NCBI GenBank assembly: GCA_034520965.1
Contig: JAXHMY010000003.1
Location: 1-64,000 of the forward strand
Reading direction: 5' to 3'
DNA from: Spirochaetia bacterium
GTDB taxonomy: Bacteria > Spirochaetota > Spirochaetia > DSM-16054 > Sediminispirochaetaceae
DNA: 64,000 bases
The notes beneath the pieces are model-generated. The model ran no database searches. It was not told the DNA's origin and saw only the letters and a program-made list of their open reading frames with translations. This document shows, one piece after another, positions 21,555-32,206 of this stretch (position 1 is the stretch's first letter; each line of letters starts with the position of its first letter). Made by a program: the position numbers and the translations under genes.

Positions 21555-23465
21555 ATGAAACCTTTCTTGGGGAACAGTCTTTCCAAATCTCTGTTCATAA
21601 ACAGTACCATGGTATTACTGTTGTTATTCGTTTCCCTCTCCGGCAGTTTCTTATGGCTGGAGCAAGTCGATTATCGCCGTAATATAGAACAGCTTGAATC
21701 CGATTTTATGCAGCAAAACCGCGAGAGAGTAAAAGTAGAGGTCAATGATGTAATAGAATATGCCCGTTTCCGGGACAACGGCCTGCTGGAAAGGACAAAG
21801 ACGGGAGTGAAAACCCGCGTAGCTAATGCGGGGGCTATAATCGAACAGATCTACACCGATATGGAACCGTCTTCGGAGAAAACTGAAATTCTGCATGAAG
21901 CAATTGAAACAGTCCGCCTGCTCAACTTGAACCGCAGTTCCGATTACATTTTTATCAATTCCCTGGAAGGGACGAATCTTCTCTACCCGCCCGATTCTAA
22001 TATGGAATTTGGCAATTTAATTGAATCGGGTAACTTACATGAAGAACAGGTGATGCGTAAATTAGTGCACACAGCCCGCACAAGTGGCGGAGGCTTTACC
22101 ACATACAAATGGCCTCTCCCCGATTCTCCGGACATTCTATACGACAAAGTTACTTATATAGATGTGTTCGAACCGCTGCAGATCTTTATCGGCAGCGGGG
22201 AATACCTTACGCATATAGAAGAAGAAATTAAGCAGGAAACACTGAACTGGATATCAAACCTGCGTTTCGGGAACGAGGGATATATTTTTGTTGTTGAGTC
22301 CAATGGGTTTATGTTGTCACACATAGATGACGAGTACAACCGGCAGAACCTGCGCAACTACCGTGATCCGGAGGGATTTCCCGTAGTACAGGCAATAATA
22401 GATACGGCTATTAGTGATGCCGAAGGTGGCTATGTCGAATATCTATGGGAAAAGCCTTCCACCGGCCGCCAGGCGCCGAAACTCTCCTTCGTCAAGTATT
22501 ATGAAAACTGGAACTGGGTGTTCGGGGCAGGTGTGTATCTGGACTCGCTCCAGGAGCAGATCGACAACAAACTCGCAGAGTATCAACAACAAACCTGGAC
22601 TCGGGTTGGTATCTCCCTTGGGCTGTTCGGATTCGTCGCACTACTAAGTCTTGCCTTAGTCCTGTTTATGACCCACAAAGTCGAACGAAGTCTTCATTTG
22701 TTCGCCGATTTCTTCCATAAGTCGGTCCGTACCTACACTCACATAGATCCGGGTTCTCTGAAATACAGAGAATTCAAGCAGATCGCCCAATATGCAAACA
22801 GTATGGTAACCGAATACAACCATACCCAGCGCCAGATAGAAAACTCTCTGCAAGAAAAGGAGACCCTCCTCAAGGAGGTGCACCATCGGGTAAAAAACAA
22901 TCTGCAGCTGATCTCGAGCATCTTGAATCTGCAGTCGACTTATCTACAGGACAAAACTTTGCAGCAATATTTCAAAGAGAGTCAAAGCCGCATCTTTACC
23001 ATGGCTTCGGTACACGAGGAACTCTATGAGTCGGAAAACTTTCAAAAGGTCGATCTGAACACCTTTTTGAACCGCATAATCCCCGATCTAGTCCGTCTCT
23101 ATTCGCAGGATACTCGCATTACTTATGAAATCGCTGCCGAAGAAATTCTGGTCGAAATAAGCCTAGCTATTCCACTTGGCCTGATAGTCAATGAAATAAT
23201 AACCAACAGTATTCAACACGCATTCCCCAATTATGAACATGGGCGTATTGATATCAGCTGTAAACTAAAAGAGAGCTCGGTTGAATTAATTATTCGAGAC
23301 AACGGTATCGGAATGCCCGATACGTACTTTTCGGATGAGCCCAAGAGTCTGGGTATTCAGTTAATAGATACACTGGTGAAGCAGATCAGGGGCAGCTATG
23401 AGGTTCGAAACCAGCAGGGCTGCGCATTTCACTTAATAATACCCCTTCAAACAGAATTGATATGA
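21555..23465 (+). CDS. Cache-domain sensor histidine kinase (HisKA_2)
   Basis: Two Cache-like repeats (Y.W..P...K); EVHHRVKNNLQ; NEIITNS, DNGIG and SLG boxes. Confidence 0.92.
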   Translation: MKPFLGNSLSKSLFINSTMVLLLLFVSLSGSFLWLEQVDYRRNIEQLESDFMQQNRERVKVEVNDVIEYARFRDNGLLERTKTGVKTRVANAGAIIEQIYTDMEPSSEKTEILHEAIETVRLLNLNRSSDYIFINSLEGTNLLYPPDSNMEFGNLIESGNLHEEQVMRKLVHTARTSGGGFTTYKWPLPDSPDILYDKVTYIDVFEPLQIFIGSGEYLTHIEEEIKQETLNWISNLRFGNEGYIFVVESNGFMLSHIDDEYNRQNLRNYRDPEGFPVVQAIIDTAISDAEGGYVEYLWEKPSTGRQAPKLSFVKYYENWNWVFGAGVYLDSLQEQIDNKLAEYQQQTWTRVGISLGLFGFVALLSLALVLFMTHKVERSLHLFADFFHKSVRTYTHIDPGSLKYREFKQIAQYANSMVTEYNHTQRQIENSLQEKETLLKEVHHRVKNNLQLISSILNLQSTYLQDKTLQQYFKESQSRIFTMASVHEELYESENFQKVDLNTFLNRIIPDLVRLYSQDTRITYEIAAEEILVEISLAIPLGLIVNEIITNSIQHAFPNYEHGRIDISCKLKESSVELIIRDNGIGMPDTYFSDEPKSLGIQLIDTLVKQIRGSYEVRNQQGCAFHLIIPLQTELI

Positions 23466-23474
23466 GGAGCTACA

Positions 23475-23990
23475 ATGAATATTTTACAGAAACAGTTCGA
23501 GGATGACGGCAGCATACCCAACAATCAACTTAAAGCGCTTATTTACAAGTTAGTTTTTGAAGGTAATGAGGCACGACGACCGGAGCACTACGAACAGTTG
23601 TTCCGTAAAAACGGCTGGTCAGGTGCATGGCGTAACGGTATTTTCAGTTATCATCATTACCACAGTACCGCCCATGAAGTACTCGGTATCTACACCGGAT
23701 GGGCCGACGTACTGCTCGGCGGCGACCGGGGAGAAGTGCTGCGGGTTGAGGCTGGCGACATCATTACTACTTCCGGCAGGACACACGGCCAGAAGACTGT
23801 GCAGCAGTCCGACCGCCTGGGAGTGATCGGCGCCTACCCGCAGGGGCAGCCGCCGGGCATGGGTGTACGGCCGCCCCGATGAGCGACCACAGGCCGATCA
23901 AAATATAGCCGCTGTCCCCTTACCGGATACCGACCCGGTTAGCGCGGAGGAGAGCGGCGAAGAGCAGCATGGTTACCATTTTGGTGGTAG
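23475..23990 (+). CDS. YjlB-like cupin (frameshifted)
   Basis: DDGSIPNN, WRNGIFSYHHYHSTAHEVLG, VIGAYP; the P..DP tail is in another frame; end approximate. Confidence 0.75.
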
Positions 23991-24809
23991 AGTAAAAATC
24001 TAACTATACAACCCATGAAGGCGATACCAGGTAATGCGGTAAATGCGCTGTCCGCGGAGACGGCGTCGAGCACGGCTCGGAGGGCAAAGGGTATTGGCGT
24101 GGATATCGGAGAAGACAGCGTGATCAGCCGATATTCATCCATGCTGACAAAGAGACTTAAAATGAAGAGGTTCTGTTGTCCAGTCCTTCCAGAGAAATCC
24201 CGGAGGCTACAATTTTTCCCGCTAAAGGCAAAATAACCTTTTCGTTTGAAATGATGTTTCAAATTTTAGGTCGTTCACGAACGTTTTGTCCGCTTTCGCT
24301 TCTTTTCCTTTGGCGCCACAGTCTCGAAGTAATGCTCTCTTAGCGGCGATCTGATCTCTTTCTTAGCCTGTTTTCGGCGCGAAGTTTCACCATCATGAGC
24401 TTCTGCTAACTATCCAATCTTTTTATCTGTTCGATTTTCATATCATCGGACACATCGCTACCGCCTATCAGGTACGCGGACTGACGATCTGGCCTATGGG
24501 TCCGGGACGCATGCTGTCTGGAGTAATAGCGATTTAGATACCTCTATCAGCGATATCGATATTCGTATTGAAACGGTCGTAGACCAAACTGACAAAGCTC
24601 ATATCCTCTATATCGACTACGGCGATTCCCCCTACACCCTTAAACTGGTCAGCGAGCCGCAGACGGCGGAAGGGACGGTACATATTGCATAGATGCTAAT
24701 GGATCCGACAGACAGCTCTACTACGCCGGGCATGAGAAGCGCCTGGTCGGTCACCCGGGTGCCGATCCGGAGCGGCCGTTGATCGCCTACATCGACTGGG
24801 ATGAGAGGC

Positions 24810-26300
24810 TTACTCAGCCAAGGCGCTGCGTACCCCGGACGATGGCGCTAGGCTTCTGGATACACAGAACAGCTTGGAAGGAACCGTAGACTGAACGGTT
24901 ATTCTACTCTTTACGTCGGATACGAATATGTTTCCGCTATGAGTGTTCACGCTCAGCGGACCGACATCAGTCGATGCGGCGCTCCCGTTGGGATAGATCT
25001 GATAGTCATCTCGAAGGGTGAAGCTCTCTCCCGGAACGGCGCCGTAGTCATCACCTCGGACCACAAAGAAATCTTCATAGGCGGAACCAGCGGTTTCCGT
25101 CGTCCCCGCCGTGACCACCCCCTCTCCAGCAGCCGCAGTTACGGCGAATCCGCCCTCGCTTTCGAGTCCATCAATATGAGTTGTCCCAAGCGGAGCGGCA
25201 TCGTCGTCCTGTACCATTGCCAGCCACATGTCGTCGCTGCGCCCGTCGCTGCGCTGGGTTGTGGCGGCGATCGTGTGGAGGTATGTTGTTCTCGACTTCC
25301 GTGGTGCCGGACGCCCCCCGCGATCGTATCGCGGGCCTCTACACGCCAGGCTCGGTCAATCTGGCTTCCCGTCAGAGGATCCATGCGAAACGTGTAAACC
25401 GAATCGGGATGTCCGGGCCCCGCTACGATTGAGTCACCGTCGAAGGCCCAGACCAGAGCGGTTAGATGGGGTGTAACCGGTCATGGCTCCAGAACGTTAC
25501 GGCCCAGTTGGTTTCATACGGAGCGCTTGACCCGTCGAATCGGGCTGCGAAGTAATCGGCCCCGCCTCCGGCGGCCTCGGTTGTCCCAACAAAGATGTAG
25601 CGTTCCGGCCCGGTGTGCAGAATGCTGCCGACCTCCTGATAACCGGGATAATCGAGGGAATATGCAGCCGACGGCACGCCGTCGGTGGTCACCTCGACGA
25701 CCATGGGTTCAAGTTGATCTCCGCCTGTTTCCGAACTGTCGAGAGTCGCTGTGCCGCCGAGTAGTAAGTCTCCCGCATGATTTTTCTTCAAGAGATGTAC
25801 ATAGAACGCGGTCGCGTTGGCGTCGTCAGTCCGATCAAAATCGAGATCAATTGCGGTTGCCCAGCTGATTGTACCGTCGGAGCCAAGCTTCATCACGAGG
25901 GCATCCTGCTCCGATCCGCTGGCGTCGGTTACCAGCGAGTCTCCTCCTACTATGAATCCGCCGTCATTCGTTTGAAACGCTCCCGCCACTTCATCCCGCG
26001 GGCTTGCGGCGTATCGTGTTGCCCCAGATGACTGAACCATTCGAATCGAGTTTAACGGCCAGATGTTTAGCCTTTCGGTTGAGGGGCTGAACGCCTATCC
26101 CTTACCACCGGATAGCCGCCGTCGTCTGTGGCAATGATTTTTTTCGGGGTTTCGCTTTTCTCTGATGTGTACACGTTGGCCCAGTAACTCGGTGAGTTTC
26201 CTTCGTCAGAGGTTCCCGGCTGGGGACAGCCTGTTAATACAAGGATGGTAGCAAAAGCTAATAGTATCGTCCACGTTATATATATTCCTGATTTCATCAT
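24810..26300 (-). pseudogene. repeat-rich surface lipoprotein, split into several frames
   Basis: LTGC lipobox; recurring (A/Q)T.DGG(Y/F) and GTT..AG...D motifs across ORFs 26067-26300, 25462-26040 and 24810-25229. Confidence 0.55.
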
Positions 26301-26399
26301 CTTCTCCTCGTTTCTAAATATATCTACAGGGATCGCTACTTCTCCATAGTCAATTTATCGAGGAAGTATAGAATCAATTGTGTGTGTAAAAGTAAAGGT

Positions 26400-26622
26400 G
26401 CGGGGATTCCCCGCGGTTGTAGGCAGATTTTACCGCCTCTATAACGACCATGTTTTCAAATATATTTCCCAGCAAGGGATCCCGCCGCCCAGCCTGCTGT
26501 TCCCCGCCAGGAGGCGAATTAAGTTTTCAAATTTTACCAACTCCTTTACATTTACCATCTGCCGGAGGTCCCGTTCCACATAAGTGGCGAAATAGGCGGA
26601 ATAGAGCTCCCGCGGCTTACCG
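26400..26622 (-). pseudogene. AAA_14/DUF4143 ATPase internal fragment
   Basis: Translates to KPRELYSAYFATYVERDLRQMVNVKELVKFENLIRLLAG. Confidence 0.65.
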
Positions 26623-26739
26623 GTAAAAGAGCTCCGTTACCTTCAAAAAAACAAAACGGTATCGGACACCTGTTAGAGAATTCATCTATCGCTCGGTCCC
26701 CCGACCCTACTACCTCACGGGTATAGAGCTGAGAACCGA

Positions 26740-27130
26740 CACCGAGGGCTACTCGTATCTGATCGCCGGACCGGAGAAGGCTTTATTTGATATGTTGTAT
26801 TTTGCCGCCGGAATCCATAGCAAAAAAGACGTACGTACCTACCTGTTCGAAGACCTGAGAATTGACGAATCAGCATTTATCAAAGCACCAACGCGAACCC
26901 ACCTGCTTCAGGTGAATCCCGGACCGTCGATTGTCGGGGCAGTTCCCTCGAACCAGCTGCTGAAAGTGAAGGTGGAGATTGACACGGATCCACCCGGAGC
27001 TTTCGAAACGGAAGTCCTGCCTGTGCTCGATCCCATTCCCTTTAATGTCCGCATCGTAAGCCTGCCCGGTCTTTTTGCCGGGAAAATGCACTGCGTCCTC
27101 TGTAGGAGATGGAAATCAAGGGTAAAGTGA
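26740..27130 (+). pseudogene. fused AbiEi/AbiEii (type IV TA) remnant
   Basis: LIAGPEKALFDMLY (AbiEi C-terminus) joined to KVKVEIDTDPP...LFAGKMHCVLCRRWKSRVK (AbiEii). Confidence 0.65.
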
Positions 27131-27136
27131 CGGCTG

Positions 27137-27559
27137 CTATTCATAGAATGGGTTGCGTATACGAATTCCCATGTAGACTCGATCGTGCTTCAGGTCTTCG
27201 GAATAGAGAATGTCGGCACCCGACTTCAATGCAGAAACCAGTATGAGGCTGTCGTACCACCGGTAACCCGTCTCCAGTCCGGCGCTCAGCGCCCCATGGT
27301 ACAGTGATTCTTCCGGCCATACGGTACACAGGGGCAGCAAGACGGTATTCAAGTAATCTCTCAAATTGTCCCGCCCCATGGGCTTCTCGAATTTGTGGAG
27401 CGCCACATTGGAGAACTCTTGAATAACCTGCCAGCTTATTGTTCCCCGACCTTCGAGACCGGTGCGAATCAGCTCTTGGGCTCGCTTCTGTTTACCGGGC
27501 TCTTTGCTGTCAAAGCTGTATACAAAAATGTTGGTGTCGAGAAAGAAGCTACCGTTCAT
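27137..27559 (-). CDS. vapC: PIN-domain (VapC) toxin
   Basis: FLDTNIFVY, QVIQEF, YDSLI, LYSEDL acidic PIN motifs. Confidence 0.9.
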   Translation of the reverse strand: MNGSFFLDTNIFVYSFDSKEPGKQKRAQELIRTGLEGRGTISWQVIQEFSNVALHKFEKPMGRDNLRDYLNTVLLPLCTVWPEESLYHGALSAGLETGYRWYDSLILVSALKSGADILYSEDLKHDRVYMGIRIRNPFYE

Positions 27560-27770
27560 TCATCTCGTCCCTGCTAAATTTTCGTCCCGCCTCACAGGAA
27601 CTCTGAACCTGTTCCATTAAGTCATCGTATTCCTTCGCCCGATTCGTTTCGCGGGTCCACTCCGCGAGCCACTGTCTTACCAGCTTGTTGAGGCTCCGAT
27701 GTTCCCTTCCCGCCTTTTCACGGGCCTTCTGAATGAGGTTCTCATCGAAACTGAAGGTGATGTTTTTCAT
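27549..27770 (-). CDS. ribbon-helix-helix antitoxin (VapB-type)
   Basis: MKNITFSFDENLIQKAR...SLNKLVRQWL; overlaps the toxin start. Confidence 0.8.
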   Translation of the reverse strand: MKNITFSFDENLIQKAREKAGREHRSLNKLVRQWLAEWTRETNRAKEYDDLMEQVQSSCEAGRKFSRDEMNER

Positions 27771-27959
27771 GTATACCCCCTCTTTTCCAAATTTATTCAC
27801 ATTAATAGTGTACACGAACTTCGCGTAAATATCAATAACCGAATTTCATCGCAAGGGCATTTCCTATCAATCCCTCGTAACAAGCATTATCCATAAAATA
27901 ATCCTCGAGCCAAATTATGATAAATCCCCGGTAACGGACTGTCGAGGGTAATCATATTC

Positions 27960-28333
27960 CCGGCTAAATTGCGGAAGGAGATGGGCATTGACGCGGAATC
28001 GCTGCTTGCACGGAATCCACCGAGGAGGGGATCCTTCTTCGGCCTGCGGTGGCCCTTCCGGTAGAGGTCTACTCCCAGGAGCGTCTGGACGAGTTTGCCG
28101 CGGCGGAGCGGGATCTGGTTGAGTGGTACAGCGGCGAGTCCCGGTGAGTGATGCGGATCTTTCTTGACGCCAACATATTGTTTTCGGCAGCATATACCGA
28201 CGGTGCGATTCATGCCTGCTGCGACAGCCTGATGACCGGTGACTCCCGCCATTTCGCACAGCTTTTCGGCAGGACCGTTGGCGGGGTTACCATACGTTCT
28301 CCGGTCGATACAGCCCTGGCTGTGTTCAGGTAG
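27960..28333 (+). pseudogene. AbrB-type antitoxin plus PIN toxin remnant
   Basis: IPAKLRKEMGI fragment followed by MRIFLDANILFSAA...LMTGDSRHF with an internal deletion. Confidence 0.55.
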
Positions 28334-29050
28334 GAAGTGACTGTAATATCATCCGCATAGGGCCTCCGTTGATACTCCCGGATAAGATCGATCATCCAGC
28401 CCCGACTTGTCCCGATAAAAGGAGAGGCGCGGGGATTCCGGAATATGTCAAAATAGGCGGGATAGAGCTCCCGCGGCTCCATCCCCGCATTGTAGAGCCG
28501 GGCAAGGAAGCCCTTTACCAGAGCCTCGTCGATAATGAGCCGATCTTTTCCATTTCGCAGAACGCTTTTCGGGTCTTCCCGCAGAAAGCTCCGTGTTTTC
28601 TGTATTTTAGATTTACGGTAGTGGAATTGTAAAGAAACGGAGTCAGTGTACTTTTCTTACTGCCGGGAATCAAGCAGTAAGCACCGGAAACTGCGTCGCC
28701 GCTTTTTTTAGAACAGCTGCAATTTTTCTTGGTATCATTATATATAGACTTCGACCCGTTTATAAAAAGTACCGAGAGTTTCAAACTGGAGAAAAACCGC
28801 CGCAGCCCGTTCTACCGGAACGTAATGAACGAGGAGTTGCCGTATGAGTCTGAATGCCGAAGAGAAGAAATCTCTTAGCGACATCCGCTTTGAAAAGGCG
28901 AAAGAGTTCGTTCAAGATACAGAGCTGTTGAAAGTCAGCCCACCAGGCGTTAAAAGATTACCGAAGCCAACCGATAGGCGGAATCGGGGAGAAAGCTGGG
29001 GAATGTGGTTGTGAGGGTCGGAGGGTAATATCGATCACCCATAGGCTCTG

Positions 29051-30307
29051 TTAAACAACCGGAAAGCCCAGTGCATGGAGAGGAATCCGCTTTCCCGCTT
29101 CGTATCCGGAAGCTCCGGCTTTTGCGTCCGGCCTGCCACCCTCCTGGAACAGAGCGATCTTTTTATCATAGTCGACCCCTTTAAACTGGCTGCGCCCCTT
29201 GCCTCTTCCTCCGACCTCCAGGATAAGCCGGGAATCGCTGCCGTCAACAGCACTGCCTTCAATAAGGAAGTCCGGCGTCTTCTGCCCCCGATTTGTTTTC
29301 AGATAGGAGAAGGGTATATCGTGTTGTTGAAGGGCAAGGGCAAAGAAATCTTCCCGCAATTCCCCGATACACTCCTGATAATCCCGAAACAGGAGTCTGT
29401 AGGGAAGCTCCATGAGGATCTTCGGCTCTTTGAGAACATTGGTACCCCTGGGAAAAATGATAAAAATGAGAAAACTTTGTTCCAGCAGCTTAAGATATTT
29501 TTCAGCTCTGTACTTGGTGATACCTATGTTTTTTGCAATGGAGGTGTAGTTGATCCCATCGACCGGAGATTTTCCGATAAAGGAGAGGGTTTTTTCGATA
29601 TGCATCACATCCTCCAGGGTAATGGTGCGGTCAAAATTGGGGATGTCCTGATGGATGATCTTCTCCTCAATAGCGGAGAACTGATTGATGCTGCTTCCCG
29701 GTTCCAGCAAAAAGGGGTAGAGTCCCCCGCGGAGGTATTCTTCCAGGTAGCCGAAGAGCCTGAAGGACTTGCCCGATGGAAGGGATTTCTGAAACAGAGT
29801 ACTCAATGGAAGCGGATCGATTTCAATATTGTGCTTAAAATAGAGATATTCCCGGAGCGAAAAGGGACTGAGCCGGATGATCTGCACCCGTTGGAAGAGA
29901 TTCGAGCTGGGAATTTGCTGGAAGGGAGAGGGCAACCGAACTGGTAAAGTAGAGCCGGACTTTGAAAAAATCGTATACCTCTTTCAGTATAGCCGCATAT
30001 TCAGGGATGAATGGATCTCATCAATAAAAAACCGCTCAATGCCCATTGAACTGTTCAGGTATTTGACTATCTCCAGAAGTGATGCATCCCTGCCCAGAGT
30101 ATCGGCGGAAATATAGATTGCATCGGAATAAAGAGCCCGAAGCTGACGAAAGAGAACCGTTTTACCTGATCCCCGGGGACCGGTCAGTCCAAGGAAAGGA
30201 CGTCCTTCCGTTTCTGCCAGCCCTTCAAAGATGAACCGGTGTTTTGTGAATGACGAGACATAGTCGACAGCCCGGCGGTCCAGTTCCAGAATTCTTTCAA
30301 GATCCAT
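29051..30307 (-). CDS. AAA_14-family ATPase (frameshift near 29,990)
   Basis: GPRGSGKT, FFIDEIH, KTPDF...LEVGG; homologous to the cassette ATPase at 39,346. Confidence 0.8.
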
Positions 30308-30843
30308 GGTATAATGATAGTCTTATTGTTGCATTTTGTCAAATCGCTTTTTAAAATGATATACATTTTGGGTAATGGGTGGCTATAATGAGTATATCAT
30401 CGCAAAGGAGATTATTAGAACCTTCTTAGAACCGATAGCCGCCGCTGTTGTCGGCTGGAATAATATCACTAACGTTTATTCCAGCCATTCAGATGTATTG
30501 ATAACGGTTTTCTATAAACAAACAAGCTTTTTGCAAACTCTACATTCCCCCGGGCAATTTCCTCAAGAGAGAGTGGCAGCAGATGGTGGATACAAGTTCT
30601 TACTGCCAGGGACTGGGAAATTGCCTGTCCGAGTTCTGTCTGATTTCTGGCGGGGACCAAGCAGGGTAAACACTGGGTACTCCTGTGCCGCCTTTTCCAG
30701 AGCACCTGCAATTTTTCTTGGTATCATTGCTTAACTTATGCTGCCGAACTGGACAGATTTCAAGTTATGTTTGATATTTGTCCAGTAATATCTATTACTA
30801 TTGGCATTCTATTTAAAGAAGGCACTCAGTGATACATTCCCTT

Positions 30844-32206
30844 CTATCGATAATATGTGCCTGAATAAACCTTGGCGCTATCACCAACCTCATTTGAAGC
30901 CCATATTCGAAACTCAATGGCCCCAATAACCGGCATAATATATTTCTCGGTGGCGTTAGGATTTAGTGTGCACTCAAGCTCCCAATCAGTCCAACCAGTG
31001 AATCTATCTTTCCTACGTGCTTCCAAATAATATCCATCTTCATTTCTTGCATTATCATCCCAACTTACTTTGACAGAAGATATTCCTGATGCAGAAACTG
31101 ATATATTGCTAGGATCAGCAGGAATAGTTGTAATCTCTGTAAAGAATGAACTTTCAGAAGAGGAAGAACTATGATTACTATTAACAGCCTCCACATACCA
31201 CTCATATTCAAAATCGCTTGTGAGATTTAATGAAGACACAGAGTATTGAGAACTCGAAATTTCATTGTAAGTGTCCCATGAGGTTGCGCCCTCTTCCCTA
31301 AAATACAGGGTATATGAATCAGTATGATCACTATCCGACCAATCAAGGGTTGCATTCTCTGAATCTACACCTCTATCATTAATAGCTGGCAAGCAGAATT
31401 GTGGGAATAGAAGGGGCATAAGTCCCTGTAGTAAAGATCCAATTTGATGAAGGGAACTTCGTTAATCCAGAGCTATTATATGCCAGCACATACCAGATTA
31501 TCTCAGTATTTTCCGGTAAATCACCTTGCGGCAATTCAGATAGATCATAATATGAGTATATATGATCAGGGGATAATGGCAATGTAATCGGGCCCCATGG
31601 TAAATCGTCATAGTCATATACAAATTGATAAAAATCTACATATTGAGCATTCGGCCAATCAATAACAGTTGAAGAGTAAATAGGATCGACAGTTGAACCA
31701 TCAGCAGGATTGATTCCGCCGGAAGGTGCTATTGGTAGAGGCAATATGGTAAAAACAAAAGAATCAGCTGCTACGTTTACTCCATCTGTATCAAAAACCT
31801 TTCCTCCCGAGCTGTTTCGGTTAATCCGTACTGTGTAAGTTTCCCCTGGAATAAGATCGCTTTGCGGATCTATAACAATTGTCCCCTGCCCATCACTGTT
31901 TGTAACACTGCAATCGATAGAAGTATATGGATCAATAGTCACATTACCATCAGGGGAGGAATATTCAAGGGAGTTCTCCTCTATTTCATTTTCATAGCTT
32001 ATAGAAATATTAGTGGTTTTCAAAACCTCAATGGAATTCGGTTCGGGACTCCTGTTTACTATTGTTGAATGGACCGGTTCGGTAGTCGCCTCCGCCACCC
32101 GATCTTCCACTGTACCAAGCAAATCCGCCGCATCTCCGCACTGCATCAGCAATCCGGCACTCGCAACCACAATCAATACCACAATAATTGTTCTCAACCT
32201 TTTCAT
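30844..32206 (-). CDS. lipoprotein with Ig-like and fibronectin type III-like domains (frameshift near 31,420)
   Basis: LMQC lipobox; P.SDL.PGETYTV; YEWYVEAVN and VSWDDNARNEDGY motifs. Confidence 0.7.
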
